From positions 49,910 to 113,909 of IMG/VR virus record IMGVR_UViG_3300028837_003833: 64,000 nt of DNA; one strand, written 5' to 3'. The position numbers were made by a program, and so were the translations under genes. Origin of the DNA: a virus. Positions 20,740 through 32,011 of the stretch are shown in pieces. Within the stretch, counting starts at the first letter, position 1. The number at the start of each line of letters is the position of its first letter. The notes beneath the pieces were generated by a model. The model worked only from the letters and a program-made list of their open reading frames with translations. It was not told the origin of the DNA and made no database searches.

Positions 20740-22757
20740 TACATTGTAGCCTTAACTGTTGTAGACCCTTTTAAGGGGGCTCCGGTTATATAATCAAAAT
20801 GAGTCTTAGTAGTTATGACACCACCACTATTACCCATTCTACCTTTTAAATTTATAGACCCGCCCGATATATTCACATTGGCAGCTTTAGTAGTCTTAAC
20901 ATCAATATTTTGAGTAGCCTTAATAGTGGCTTTACCACCATCAGTTTTAAAACTTATTTGACCTACTTTAGTAGAAAGAGACACACTACCTGATTTAGTA
21001 CTTGCAGTAAAGCTGCCAGTTTTAGTTTTAAACTTCCTACTACCCGCAGTGATATTTTCTTCGATATTACCGGTTTTTATCGTTAATTTTCTACTTCCAA
21101 CTTTTGTTATAGTTTCTATGATATCACCCTTTAAAGAGTTTATCTTTAATTCAGAATTCCCACTATTGATGATAGTCTTTCGATTACCAAAATTCTCATT
21201 TTTTTCCTTAGTAACTTTTTCAGTAAAAGCATCACCTACTATCACATTATATCCCGAACCTACATTGATAGTACATGCTCCACTTATTCTTTCTATCTTA
21301 GCCCCTTTTATAGATAACTTATCGGATCCCCCTATAATACTCTCACGAGTACCCGTTATCTCTTTCCTCTCGTATCCTCCTACTTTTTCAATCTTATAAT
21401 ATTTTCTTACATTGTCAATAATCGTATCTTTTTTATCAAAATCAGCTATATCCGGAGAGAGATTCGAACCATACATGAAGAACACTGATTTACTGGTTCT
21501 TATGTCCATACTCCGATTACTATATGGATTCCCATCTCGTTCATTGTGAGTACCTATATCCCACTTTATTCCGCCCACAGTCTTAAGATCCCATGAATTA
21601 GCATACTGGGAATCTTGACCCCATATCTCTTTCTTACTACCCCGAGCAAGAATAGACATTGATCTGCCTTTACCCAAACCTCCACCAGTAGCAGAAGGAA
21701 TAAACTGATAAAAATGACCTTCTTTATCTATTCCAAAATACGCTCCAGAATCAGGATTCGTTCTATCGGGTTTATATAAGGTAACTGCTGCAGCATAAGT
21801 ATCTAAATCCTCTTGAGATATAGGCTCTAAAGAAAAATCTCCTATATTATCATCAGGATCTGAAAACACTATAGGTCTTAAGACTCTCCCATAATTTCCA
21901 TCATTAGGGTTATTACCTATTAAATTACCTAAAGAAAAAATAGCTATCGGTTTACGTATAGTTTTATTAGAACTGAAGTTTACATCATTCATTGGAGAGG
22001 TACTAAAATCTCTATCCCCTACTTCAAGAAGATACTCAGTTAAATAGGGATCTGAAGAATCATCAGAATTATATGGTCTTATAGCATATGAGTCTTTACC
22101 ATTTATTCGAGCACTTTTAAAAACATTGGGGATATCAGCAAAATCTATAGGGCTTATACTATTACGACATACTATTCCAGCATTCCTCCAAACACCCCCA
22201 CTAAAAACATAATTATTATTGGAGGTATTAATAATAGCATTATCTTCCGGACGCAATACAAAGCTATTTCCCTTACTATGACTTACTTTAAAATGATTAC
22301 TTAATAAAACTTCTATATCGTCTTTAGAGGATAAAGCTATCCATCCTTCTCTTAGCTTCTTTCCTTTAAAGAACACTTCGTTTTTATTTTGAGTTTTTAC
22401 ATTATCAGCCCATACTTTAACATTTTTACCTTCCAAACCAAATGAATAACTAGGAAGATATGCTATAGGAAAATAGTCTCCATTTCTATTTGCTACAAGA
22501 ACAATAGAATTTACTTGAGGAGTAGCTTGTATAAAACTATTGGTACCGAAAAAAGGTTGAGTAATATCTATAGCTATCCCACTACCATAGTTGTCTCTAA
22601 AATCTACTATTATCTTTTGACGATCTATATCGACACTTTTTATATCACCTACTAAAAAAGTAATGTCTTGAGGTTTCATAGCACTAAATGAAGGATTCTC
22701 ATTAGGAGCTATTTGTCTACCAGGAAGATTTATAGAACTTCTTTTAGGAGCCGCCAT
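20739..22757 (-). CDS. Baseplate central spike, gp5/gpV/VgrG-like (672 aa)
   Basis: N-terminal OB-fold-like segment (GDIKSVDIDRQKIIV...PQVNSIVLVA); C-terminal short-period Thr/Lys/Gly beta-strand repeats typical of a triple beta-helix; follows the hub gene. Confidence 0.7.
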   Translation of the reverse strand: MAAPKRSSINLPGRQIAPNENPSFSAMKPQDITFLVGDIKSVDIDRQKIIVDFRDNYGSGIAIDITQPFFGTNSFIQATPQVNSIVLVANRNGDYFPIAYLPSYSFGLEGKNVKVWADNVKTQNKNEVFFKGKKLREGWIALSSKDDIEVLLSNHFKVSHSKGNSFVLRPEDNAIINTSNNNYVFSGGVWRNAGIVCRNSISPIDFADIPNVFKSARINGKDSYAIRPYNSDDSSDPYLTEYLLEVGDRDFSTSPMNDVNFSSNKTIRKPIAIFSLGNLIGNNPNDGNYGRVLRPIVFSDPDDNIGDFSLEPISQEDLDTYAAAVTLYKPDRTNPDSGAYFGIDKEGHFYQFIPSATGGGLGKGRSMSILARGSKKEIWGQDSQYANSWDLKTVGGIKWDIGTHNERDGNPYSNRSMDIRTSKSVFFMYGSNLSPDIADFDKKDTIIDNVRKYYKIEKVGGYERKEITGTRESIIGGSDKLSIKGAKIERISGACTINVGSGYNVIVGDAFTEKVTKEKNENFGNRKTIINSGNSELKINSLKGDIIETITKVGSRKLTIKTGNIEENITAGSRKFKTKTGSFTASTKSGSVSLSTKVGQISFKTDGGKATIKATQNIDVKTTKAANVNISGGSINLKGRMGNSGGVITTKTHFDYITGAPLKGSTTVKATM

Positions 22758-22760
22758 ATT

Positions 22761-25292
22761 TTACCCACTATATGTAGATTCGTTTTGATTAGTTTCTCTT
22801 GTACATGGATCAGGATTATTACTTGGAACATCTATCATAGTCCTGGTCGCTAACTCTATATCATTTCTCTGTACTAATCCCTCCGTAGGTCTATCATAAT
22901 TATACATGTTAGGATTACTCTGGGGATTCATAGCTTGACGTTTATCATCTACATTTTTATATAGATCATCTATATAATCTTTATGTGCAGATGAAATTAC
23001 TTCAGAACTTTCTTCTACATAAGTATCTACAGATTCAAGTTCTCCATCTAATCCTTGATTAGCTTCACTACTAACCCCACAAGAACAATCTTTATCTCTC
23101 AAACCAGAGGCATTAAGTACTATATCGATTTCCTGGTTAATTCTACCTGTAGAGGTAGTAAGATCTCTCATTTGACCGTTTTTAGTCAAAACTAAATTAG
23201 CACCATAAGGGAAAGTTCCAATGTGACGATATCCAAGTTTATCCGTATATGGAACAGAATCTCCCGTAATCATAACAAGTTCATTTGACGTAAATGTAGC
23301 ATCGTCTCCTGCTTGATTAACCTGATCCTGTGTTCTCTGTCTAACTTTAGCTCTTTCTAACCGCCACAACCCAACTATTCCCGGTCCACTATATACTCCT
23401 GATTCTTCGGAGGCTATTTGTTTTTTTAATTCATTGATATAAGCATCTATATCCTTATAATCATACTTAGACTCCGGAAATGTACCCTTTTTAAGCTCTT
23501 TACTAATAATTTGAAGACCTTGAACCCTTATCTGATCCTCAGTTAAAAACCCCTGCTTTAAATAATTTGCAATCTCAGCATCAGACATTTGAGAATCTTT
23601 TATATACTGTGACATCTCGGTCTCTTTATCCCGTAAAACACAAGAGTATAAAACATCCCCTCTTACTGAACCTGGAATACGACTATTACCATCATCAAAT
23701 ACTCTCTCTCTTTTAAATTGAAGGGAAAGGTCAGTCGTAGCTGCTGATCCAAAAGTAAAATTATGATTTATACCTGTTACATAATAAAAAGTATCTATAT
23801 GCTCTAAATAAACCGGATACCCTAATCTAATTTCAGGTCTTAATGGTATAGAGACACTACCTGTATATGCTTGACCATTTCTCCGTGCCATCTCTGCTGC
23901 AGCTATCATTTTTAATTGCTTTGCATTCATGCCATATGGTACACTAACCTGCTCAGATCTTATACCCATCTTAGCAATAGACGCAAAGTCAGCATGAAAC
24001 CCTACAGCTTCAAGAGACGACAATGATTGATACCTAGGACCTGTCACTACAAGGTAATTTATAATAGAATTCGAATCAAATGACGCATTGTAATTTATTA
24101 CATCATTAGGTCCTACGCGATAATAAGGAACATTTCCAGAAGCTACATCAAGATTATAAAAAGGAGGTTTAAAAACGATCTCTCCATTTGTATCAACAAA
24201 AAATTCCATAAACGTTTTTTCACATATAGTGGTCGCAATCTCTATTTTAGAAAACACGGTAGCTTCAGCACCATTACCAAATAAATCAAAAAGTCCATAG
24301 GGCTGTACTCTTGCTAGTAATCCAAAGTCAAGATCAAGTTTAGCACTTGTATCGGTATGATCTTGCTTATCAGTATCTTTTTTATCCAAAAAAGTTAAGA
24401 GCTTGTTCTTAACAGTTTCAAAAGAAATAGGACCTCTTAAACCATACATTTTTAAGGGGATATTCGCAAGTTGATTTTTTACAAGAACAGGGTCCTCTGA
24501 ATTAGGAACATCAAAACCAAATCGTTTATTCCAGTATTCTATAACATTTGCGGTTAAAGGTCCAAAAGTATCTCTTGTAGGTAATATAGAATCAGGAAGT
24601 TCAGCACTCTTAGACCAATTAGGATAAACAAAATTGTAATATGCTGCTGCTCCATTCTCTCTATGTTGTATAAAAAAGTTATCTACAAATAAAGCATAAA
24701 TAATTTCCCAAGCAGACATCTTTTCAAAAACAGAGGGAAATCTTAATTGAGTGGCTCCTCCAAAAAAGGAACTTTGAACACTCGGATTAATGGTAATTTT
24801 TTGGTACTTCCACCAACATAAAAAATCTTCACAAGAAATACTTAGAGTAAAATTACCATCAGAATAATTCTCTTGTACACCCGTAATCATACCCCAAAAA
24901 ACAGGATAATATCTTGGAGTATAATTATACTCCGGTTCGAGATATCTACCTTTCATATAAATCTTAACTTCCATCATAGGCATAAAAAAAGGTACTCTCG
25001 TCCCATTAGGCATACTTATATAATAATCTTCGTGTAGTCCCTTATACATTGGAGCTATAATTTCAATACTAGCTCTTGATGCTCCTGGAGGAGATATAGC
25101 AGCACTTACATTTACTGATACAATACCGCCTCGTATATCGATGTCCTTTGTACCCTTAGCTTCCATAGGAGAAATAACTCTTGATGCCAAAGCCCCGTTT
25201 ATTACAACAAAAACATCAGGAGCTAATTTAAGGACATTCCTACGATAACTAAACTCTTTAAGCGTAAATAATCCGGACCTTACAATTGCCAT
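22761..25292 (-). CDS. Baseplate hub protein, gp27/gpD/VgrG N-terminal-like (843 aa)
   Basis: Hub-type motifs: VFWGMITGV, MEFFVDTNGEIVFKPP, GSVSIPLRPEIRLGYPV, YYVTGINHNF. Confidence 0.75.
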   Translation of the reverse strand: MAIVRSGLFTLKEFSYRRNVLKLAPDVFVVINGALASRVISPMEAKGTKDIDIRGGIVSVNVSAAISPPGASRASIEIIAPMYKGLHEDYYISMPNGTRVPFFMPMMEVKIYMKGRYLEPEYNYTPRYYPVFWGMITGVQENYSDGNFTLSISCEDFLCWWKYQKITINPSVQSSFFGGATQLRFPSVFEKMSAWEIIYALFVDNFFIQHRENGAAAYYNFVYPNWSKSAELPDSILPTRDTFGPLTANVIEYWNKRFGFDVPNSEDPVLVKNQLANIPLKMYGLRGPISFETVKNKLLTFLDKKDTDKQDHTDTSAKLDLDFGLLARVQPYGLFDLFGNGAEATVFSKIEIATTICEKTFMEFFVDTNGEIVFKPPFYNLDVASGNVPYYRVGPNDVINYNASFDSNSIINYLVVTGPRYQSLSSLEAVGFHADFASIAKMGIRSEQVSVPYGMNAKQLKMIAAAEMARRNGQAYTGSVSIPLRPEIRLGYPVYLEHIDTFYYVTGINHNFTFGSAATTDLSLQFKRERVFDDGNSRIPGSVRGDVLYSCVLRDKETEMSQYIKDSQMSDAEIANYLKQGFLTEDQIRVQGLQIISKELKKGTFPESKYDYKDIDAYINELKKQIASEESGVYSGPGIVGLWRLERAKVRQRTQDQVNQAGDDATFTSNELVMITGDSVPYTDKLGYRHIGTFPYGANLVLTKNGQMRDLTTSTGRINQEIDIVLNASGLRDKDCSCGVSSEANQGLDGELESVDTYVEESSEVISSAHKDYIDDLYKNVDDKRQAMNPQSNPNMYNYDRPTEGLVQRNDIELATRTMIDVPSNNPDPCTRETNQNESTYSG

Positions 25293-25312
25293 TACATTAA
25301 TCCCTTAATTTT

Positions 25313-26758
25313 TTATTTTGGAAATACCTGATGTGGACTATATTGAGCTAAACCATCATGCTTAGCATAAAGCTCTGTAAAATCTAAAGCAAGATCATCA
25401 TTAATAACTTTATTACCATTAACTGCCATACCATGTAAAGTATTCCACATCCTATTAAGATACGGGGTTGCTTCTATCCTAAGTGTATCTCTATAATTAT
25501 AATTACCCCCCCTTATTTCACGTACTTCAAAATCACAATGTTGATGATATTTACCACCATCAGTACCTTCTCTACCAACTATAGTACCTATATCAACTTG
25601 ATCTCCTTTTACTAAATTTATACTCTGAGGACGAAGATGAAAATATCGAACATAAATAGATTTACCCTCTGGACTTACAGATTTTACCAAAACATAATTA
25701 GAACCACCATAAGAGTAGCTCTTTTGAACATAAATTACAGAGCCACTTGTAGCAGAATAAATTCTTCCGGTATGCGTCCTAAAGTCACACTTTTTTTCAT
25801 GCCCTTCACCATCTAACCATCCTCGAGTAATCCAAAATCTTCCTTCCGGAATTTTAGATACGGGTTTTTCTCCTCTAGCTACAGAAGAAGATTCTTCTCC
25901 TCTCGCTTCTTCATCAGTATAATCATAATCTGATATATTATACCTCTCTTCCGGATAATATTCATTAAGCTCCTCTTCATCTAAACCTAAAATGCTCTTA
26001 AATCCAATATTAGCACCCTGTAAAGCCGTACGAACGTTAATATTAAGATAATTATCCTGCTTTTTGACGTGACCTTCAATACCCTGAAGATCTACACCAA
26101 AACTTGACACTATAAAATCAAAGTTATAATCCATACAATAGGGCTTCGTGGGAATATCATTCAAAGTAAAAGTATTAAAAGATCCTATATAAATTGATTC
26201 ATCATATTCTATTTTTATGCTATCCATTACATTAATAACTCGACTTGTACCATCTTTAAAATATGAAGGATTTTCAGCACCATCTAAAAAATACCAACCA
26301 TTATTTTTGAATATGCCCACTATATCAACAATATTAATAAAACTTGGAGACCTTCGTCTATAAGCATTAGTCAGACCTCCCCCTCCAGAACCTGTATATA
26401 AATAGAATCCAGCTGATGTACCACTTATTGAAAGTGTAGCTTGTTCATTACCCCAAGCCGTATTTACCCACCCTTTTCGGGTATACGCATTGTTAAATTT
26501 CTGCTGCTGTCCTGTAACCATATCATCAGGATTAATGAATAAAATAAGAGAAATAACGTCTAACTGAGTTTCACTATCAAATATTGATATAATGAAAGGT
26601 TTATACTCTGAAGGAAGATTAACAGAAGTTTTCCAATCCTTAATATCAACAGAGAATTCATCATTTACCAGGGTATTAAAAAATAAACTTCCACCTTGCC
26701 TATACAGAAGTTCCTCTAATGTATCACGAGTATGTGTAAGTATTTTACTAGTTATCAT
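25313..26758 (-). CDS. Tail-tube-initiator-like protein fused to a C-terminal M23 peptidase-like domain (481 aa)
   Basis: N-terminal LFINPDDM...GWVNTAWGNEQATLSISG parallels the neighbouring ORF. C-terminal ATSGSV...GGSNYVLVK...YVRYFHL...VKGDQVDIGTIVGREG...HCDFEV has M23/LytM architecture. Confidence 0.65.
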   Translation of the reverse strand: MITSKILTHTRDTLEELLYRQGGSLFFNTLVNDEFSVDIKDWKTSVNLPSEYKPFIISIFDSETQLDVISLILFINPDDMVTGQQQKFNNAYTRKGWVNTAWGNEQATLSISGTSAGFYLYTGSGGGGLTNAYRRRSPSFINIVDIVGIFKNNGWYFLDGAENPSYFKDGTSRVINVMDSIKIEYDESIYIGSFNTFTLNDIPTKPYCMDYNFDFIVSSFGVDLQGIEGHVKKQDNYLNINVRTALQGANIGFKSILGLDEEELNEYYPEERYNISDYDYTDEEARGEESSSVARGEKPVSKIPEGRFWITRGWLDGEGHEKKCDFRTHTGRIYSATSGSVIYVQKSYSYGGSNYVLVKSVSPEGKSIYVRYFHLRPQSINLVKGDQVDIGTIVGREGTDGGKYHQHCDFEVREIRGGNYNYRDTLRIEATPYLNRMWNTLHGMAVNGNKVINDDLALDFTELYAKHDGLAQYSPHQVFPK

Positions 26759-27606
26759 TTTCCAACAGTCCAGATAGTTTTTTCAGCTTTAAAAACAGAA
26801 GTATAAATAAGCCTAAAGGGAGTAGAAGAAGATTCAGTTGTATCAAATGATTCAAAGTATCCTATTAAAGTCACATAATCAAAACTTATTCTATTATATA
26901 ATCTTTCTCGAATCATACCATGTCTCGGATGATTACCTGTAGCAGAAGGATTCTGTAATAAATATCTATTTACAACACTATAATCATACATTTCATCTAC
27001 AGATCCAATTGGCATAGGAGAAGAAGCATAACCATTAGGTTCTTGATATAAATAACCATTAGTTCTATAGATATTTACTAAAGATTTGAGTAGTTTATAA
27101 GATTCTGAGTAATTTCTACTCACAGAAGATAATCCTGTGTAATTATCTTGATTCAATCGAGCATTAAAAGAATAAGTAGATCCCGAAAAATTTATAGAAT
27201 CTATCTCATCTCCCCAATGCTCTTCCACCCATCGAGTCATGGTATTATATCTATTTATTTTTTTTGCAGAATTTATAATCATTGATTCAGGATTAGGAGT
27301 AAGTTTAAGGGCTTCTAATCTCGATCCATCCTGATATTCAATAAGAATAGGTTTTATATTAGAATCTACCCAATCAATTATCATAGGAGTTTCATTAGGG
27401 ACTTTTCTAACATAAGGAGGTCTTAATTCAACAATAGAAAAATTATTATTTGAACTTTGACATATCTTCCAATTTTCAGTGGGACCTAACACAAGAAGAG
27501 TATCAAGGTCATCTTTTTTATATTCCTCTGGAAGAGTTATAGCATTAATATATTTTTGAAAAGAAGCAGGAGTTATGTTCGCTATTGTTGTATTTTCTTC
27601 AGCCAT
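26755..27606 (-). CDS. Tail-tube-initiator / CIS-tube-like protein (283 aa)
   Basis: LKLTPNPESM...RWVEEHWGDEIDSINFSGST; immediately downstream of the tape measure gene. Confidence 0.6.
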   Translation of the reverse strand: MAEENTTIANITPASFQKYINAITLPEEYKKDDLDTLLVLGPTENWKICQSSNNNFSIVELRPPYVRKVPNETPMIIDWVDSNIKPILIEYQDGSRLEALKLTPNPESMIINSAKKINRYNTMTRWVEEHWGDEIDSINFSGSTYSFNARLNQDNYTGLSSVSRNYSESYKLLKSLVNIYRTNGYLYQEPNGYASSPMPIGSVDEMYDYSVVNRYLLQNPSATGNHPRHGMIRERLYNRISFDYVTLIGYFESFDTTESSSTPFRLIYTSVFKAEKTIWTVGK

Positions 27607-27614
27607 ATTTCAAA

Positions 27615-30600
27615 CTACCTTCTTTTCTGTTTATCGAAATACATTCTTTCAAAAGACTGTTCTATCGCAGGCTTTATCTTTTTTAAAATATCCTCTGCAT
27701 CACCCGTTATTGATTCTATGTTAATATTTACAGGGATAACGGGAGCTTGATTCTTATCATTACCTGAAGTGGGACTTTTCATTTTAGATAAAGCACTCTG
27801 AGAAAAAGCACCAAAATCTCCACCTGTACCCATAGACATGCTTCTAGCGTTTACCACAACATCGCCTTTACTAAGAAGAGCATAACCACTTGACATAGCT
27901 CTATAATCTTTATTAGGCTTTACAGATTCAGTTGTGATATCTACACCGTATGCCTTCTCCCTTTTAAACTTATCTCTTTTTTCTTTAAGATACTGAGCAG
28001 TTGCCATTAGTTTATCTCGTTCAACACCTGTAGATTCAGAAGCCTTTTTTTCTACAGATGCTAATTGAGTTAATATTTTTTCTTTTTTATTGTAAATAGC
28101 CATAACATTTTTAACAGACTGCTGCTGAAGCTCCGCTTCTTGATAGAGATTAGCTCCTGCAATACCTCTTTTTATATCCTCAACACCCTGTATCCTACGT
28201 GCTATGTCACTGCGTTTTTCTTTATCTTCTAAAGGAGTTTTCTTTAATTCATTTCTAAGTATCATCTCTTTTTCTATAAGTTTTCCAAGAGTTTTATAAT
28301 CTTCACTCTTTCTAAATTCTTCTTCAGTTCTAACTCCTTTAGCACCCATTTTATTTGCTATAGCCGTAACGAAACCCAGGATAGCACCAGTACTTCGTGC
28401 TGTAGCAATAGCAGCTTGAGCAGCACCTTTTTGAATATCATTACCAGCAAGAAAATATTCTGCATTCTCTTTATTAATCCCAATAAAATCTTCAATGGTA
28501 CGAGTATTCTTTACAAGATCATCTAATCTGCTAGCCTGCTCCTTGTCACCTTCACCTGTTACTTTTTCTACATTACCAAGGGCACTTAAAGTAATATCTT
28601 CAATATTATTTATTACTCCTGAATAACCTTTTTCCAAGAATTCCTGGACTGCCTTGGGAAATTTATCAAGATAATCGTAAATTCTACCTACATCCATATC
28701 TCCTGCATATGCTGATAAACCATCTTTTATTGCTTTCATATCCATCTGACCTGTTTTCATACCATCAGTAATAATCTCCTGTATCTTATCACCAAATTCA
28801 GAACGCTTACCCTCTGGAAGAACCTCATCAAGATCCTTAGCCATTCTTTTAATTCCCTCTCTTGAGGTCTTAACTGTACCAATCATCTTCATAGCAAATT
28901 CATCAGATACACCTAGAATAACCTTCATATGCTCTACCATAGCACGAGTATCTCCGAATATATCCGGACCACCTTTTGATTTTAATTTCTTAAAATAGTC
29001 CCCCAATTTGTCGCCTACTTTATCAGATATCAACTCAAGATACATAGCCATATCCTGAGCATTAGATTTAGCAGCAGCACTCGCCATAGCATAGGTTTTT
29101 TCTGTAGTAACCAATTGTTTCTCTTCAGCAGAAATTTCATTCTTTATTAAATCTATTGCCTTTTTATTACCACTTTTCTCAGCTTCTGCTAAACCTTTTC
29201 TTTTTGCCGCTAAAGAATCTAAGTGCTTCGCTATAGCAGCTTTTGAGTCGGATTCTAACTTTACAAAATCTTTTCTATAAGCTTCTACTCCACCAGACAT
29301 ATTCATAAAAGCAACTCTTGTATTATTATCCATATCTTTAAAGAGATTGGTCAACTCCTGGGTTTGCTTCTGGGCATCTTTAAAACCCATACCCCCCTGA
29401 TCCTGAAAATTCTTAAGAGTATTGGATGCTGAAGTAAGAAATTTACCATAATAACTTAAAGCTTCTGCAGCTGCATAAGTAGCTTGATAAAACTTTTGAG
29501 ACTGTATCCCCGCTAATGATGCATCATATGCTAAAACCTTAAAACTATCTGAAGCTTCATCCAAAGTGGATCTTAAATCAGTCATTTGCTCACCAAGCAT
29601 GGCTCCTGCTTCTTGCATAGAAACCCCAAAATCAAGATGAACTTTAGCAGAATCCTCAATCAACTTATTATATCCTCCAGCTACGTTTTTCATTACTCCC
29701 TGAAGACTCATACCCGCTTCCGCTATACCCTGAAACATTCCCATTATATCTTCAGATTTCAAGCCATACTTAAGATTTCTCTGTAAATTAAATATTGAAT
29801 CTGTAAACTTATCCATAGCTTTATCTATATTACCCATCATTACCGTAGGACCATGAAGCTTAGCAAACGTTTGATTAAATTGTTTTAAAAATTTATCTAA
29901 TCTATTTACCAAACTAGCTACAGCTTTAATAGCTGATACTACTAAACCTATCCATCCTATAGCTCCTAATGCCTTAAATGCTACACCCAATGTCCTCACA
30001 ATACCTGTAAAACCAGCAGCAGTCTTACCTGTAGCTCCCATAATCTCATTTAATTTACTGAGATCTTTACCTGAACCTCTATAAGATTTAGCACTTTCAA
30101 TCTTTTGAGATAAACTTGTTTTACTACTGAACATTGTTTTCAAATTTCCAAGCTGACTCTCACGTAATTGTCTGGCTTTTCCGTATTGAGTATCCCTTAA
30201 ATTGCCGCCTTGTTTTATAGTCTCATCTATTATTCCATGAGCTCCTTTTGAAACCTTACGTTTTAATAAATCACCCTGTACACTGGCGATACCCTCCATA
30301 GTATCAAGCTGCTCTTTTAGATCTTTACTCTCTTCCTCAGTCATCTGTTCGTTTGCTACTAAAAGATCATACTGCTCTTTCATTATTTCAATACGTCGCT
30401 TAGTAAGATCATTAAGATTATTCATAGACCCAATATCTGAACTATCTACCAGGGCAAGTTTATCAAAAGTCCCTTGCATTGTTTTAGCATTACCATTTAA
30501 CTTGTTAATAGAATCTTTAGCTTTATTTAAATCCTTTACATACCCCTCCATGGATCTTTGAGTATTAATTATAGCTTCTCTATTTTCCTTTAAAATCTTA

Positions 30601-30953
30601 TTAGCCTTTTTATACTCATCACTTCCTTTTCCACTATTTTTTCGTACTTTCTTTGCAGTAAGTACGAGTTTTTCCTGATCTTCTTTTAATGATTTATATT
30701 TATCTGAAGATTTTTCTAACTCTTTATGCGTATTTTTTAAAGAAGAAGATAAACTTTCCTCTTTATCTAAAAGATCTCTTTGAGCAGTAGCTGATGCTGA
30801 CATTGCATCTGTATATCTTTTACGTACATTAGTACCTTGTAACATAAGGGTATTTAAATTTTTCTCAATTCTAAGAATATTCTCTTGAGTAGATTTCAAT
30901 CTATTAAGCTCTTTTATTTGATCTTGTATCTCTTTAATATTCATTTCCGGCAC
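27615..30953 (-). CDS. Tail tape measure protein (1112 aa)
   Basis: Long alpha-helical Ala/Lys/Glu-rich protein with a central hydrophobic Gly/Ala stretch (LGVAFKALGAIGWIGLVVSAIKAV); canonical position after tube and chaperones. Confidence 0.85.
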   Translation of the reverse strand: MPEMNIKEIQDQIKELNRLKSTQENILRIEKNLNTLMLQGTNVRKRYTDAMSASATAQRDLLDKEESLSSSLKNTHKELEKSSDKYKSLKEDQEKLVLTAKKVRKNSGKGSDEYKKANKILKENREAIINTQRSMEGYVKDLNKAKDSINKLNGNAKTMQGTFDKLALVDSSDIGSMNNLNDLTKRRIEIMKEQYDLLVANEQMTEEESKDLKEQLDTMEGIASVQGDLLKRKVSKGAHGIIDETIKQGGNLRDTQYGKARQLRESQLGNLKTMFSSKTSLSQKIESAKSYRGSGKDLSKLNEIMGATGKTAAGFTGIVRTLGVAFKALGAIGWIGLVVSAIKAVASLVNRLDKFLKQFNQTFAKLHGPTVMMGNIDKAMDKFTDSIFNLQRNLKYGLKSEDIMGMFQGIAEAGMSLQGVMKNVAGGYNKLIEDSAKVHLDFGVSMQEAGAMLGEQMTDLRSTLDEASDSFKVLAYDASLAGIQSQKFYQATYAAAEALSYYGKFLTSASNTLKNFQDQGGMGFKDAQKQTQELTNLFKDMDNNTRVAFMNMSGGVEAYRKDFVKLESDSKAAIAKHLDSLAAKRKGLAEAEKSGNKKAIDLIKNEISAEEKQLVTTEKTYAMASAAAKSNAQDMAMYLELISDKVGDKLGDYFKKLKSKGGPDIFGDTRAMVEHMKVILGVSDEFAMKMIGTVKTSREGIKRMAKDLDEVLPEGKRSEFGDKIQEIITDGMKTGQMDMKAIKDGLSAYAGDMDVGRIYDYLDKFPKAVQEFLEKGYSGVINNIEDITLSALGNVEKVTGEGDKEQASRLDDLVKNTRTIEDFIGINKENAEYFLAGNDIQKGAAQAAIATARSTGAILGFVTAIANKMGAKGVRTEEEFRKSEDYKTLGKLIEKEMILRNELKKTPLEDKEKRSDIARRIQGVEDIKRGIAGANLYQEAELQQQSVKNVMAIYNKKEKILTQLASVEKKASESTGVERDKLMATAQYLKEKRDKFKREKAYGVDITTESVKPNKDYRAMSSGYALLSKGDVVVNARSMSMGTGGDFGAFSQSALSKMKSPTSGNDKNQAPVIPVNINIESITGDAEDILKKIKPAIEQSFERMYFDKQKRR

Positions 30954-32007
30954 CCTTCATATCAGGACGTATAATCTTGGTACTTATTTTTCTTAATACA
31001 CGCTCTTTCATTTCATCTTTCTCTTTACCTGCCATATATGTCTTATCTGGGTCTACATTCTTTTTTTTATTTAATATTTTATTTAGTTCAATAGTTGATA
31101 TGGGTTTTGAAGGTTCTAATAAATCAAGATCTGCAATCTCGATATTTTTCCTAAACGCTTTTTGTCTTTCTTCAACATTCTTTTTAGCTGCTTCTGCTCT
31201 CTTTTTCTGATTTTCCATCCATTGATCTATATATAAATCATGTTTATCTTTTTTCCCTGTCATCTGACGGGAAAGCTCTCTTACTAAATCTTCCCGAGAA
31301 ACTAATGGAGCAGTCCATTCTTCCCTTTTTTTATTATTCTCCTCTATTCTTTTTCTATCGAACCCGTATTTACAAATTTCATCCCTTAACTCTTTAAGCT
31401 CATTAGTATGTGTTTCAAAATTCTTTGATAATGTCTTAGCACTTTTATAATTTGAAGCCCCTACTATAAGAAGTGTCAAATTAAAATCTTTTCCATATTC
31501 CTGCTCTTCATCTAATCTTTTATTTATATTTATCCAGTTCTCCGTGACACTATTAATCCCTATAATATCAAGACCTCTCATACCAACAAACGCTGATCGA
31601 TTATACGGATCCAAAACAGACCATAAATATCTTGATTTAGTGGAATAACTAAATCCTTCAAGATAATCCAATGATTCTATATAGGCCTGGTTTAATTCAT
31701 AGATCGCTTCAACAATCTTAAGAACAAACAGCCCCGGTAATTGACTATAAAATTTAAGTATATCAGAAAAGCACTCATTTCGATTCTCTAATAAATTTAT
31801 TCCATCTATCGAAACCGTACTATATGCTATGCTAAAAAGATTAATCTTAAATTTATCCTTATTAGAACAAAACATATTCATCTGATAGTATTCTTTATCT
31901 GATATATTTTTTATTAATAGATCATGACCATTTACAAAAATTCTAACGGATAAAAACCCATAGGTAATTATCCGTTCAATATTTTCATATGCCTCTAATA
32001 CTTCCAT
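30934..32007 (-). CDS. Tail assembly chaperone-like protein (357 aa)
   Basis: Lies between tube and tape measure genes; N-terminal half parallels the upstream chaperone (LAYSxxSIxG pattern). Confidence 0.6.
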   Translation of the reverse strand: MEVLEAYENIERIITYGFLSVRIFVNGHDLLIKNISDKEYYQMNMFCSNKDKFKINLFSIAYSTVSIDGINLLENRNECFSDILKFYSQLPGLFVLKIVEAIYELNQAYIESLDYLEGFSYSTKSRYLWSVLDPYNRSAFVGMRGLDIIGINSVTENWININKRLDEEQEYGKDFNLTLLIVGASNYKSAKTLSKNFETHTNELKELRDEICKYGFDRKRIEENNKKREEWTAPLVSREDLVRELSRQMTGKKDKHDLYIDQWMENQKKRAEAAKKNVEERQKAFRKNIEIADLDLLEPSKPISTIELNKILNKKKNVDPDKTYMAGKEKDEMKERVLRKISTKIIRPDMKGAGNEY

Positions 32008-32011
32008 TTAA

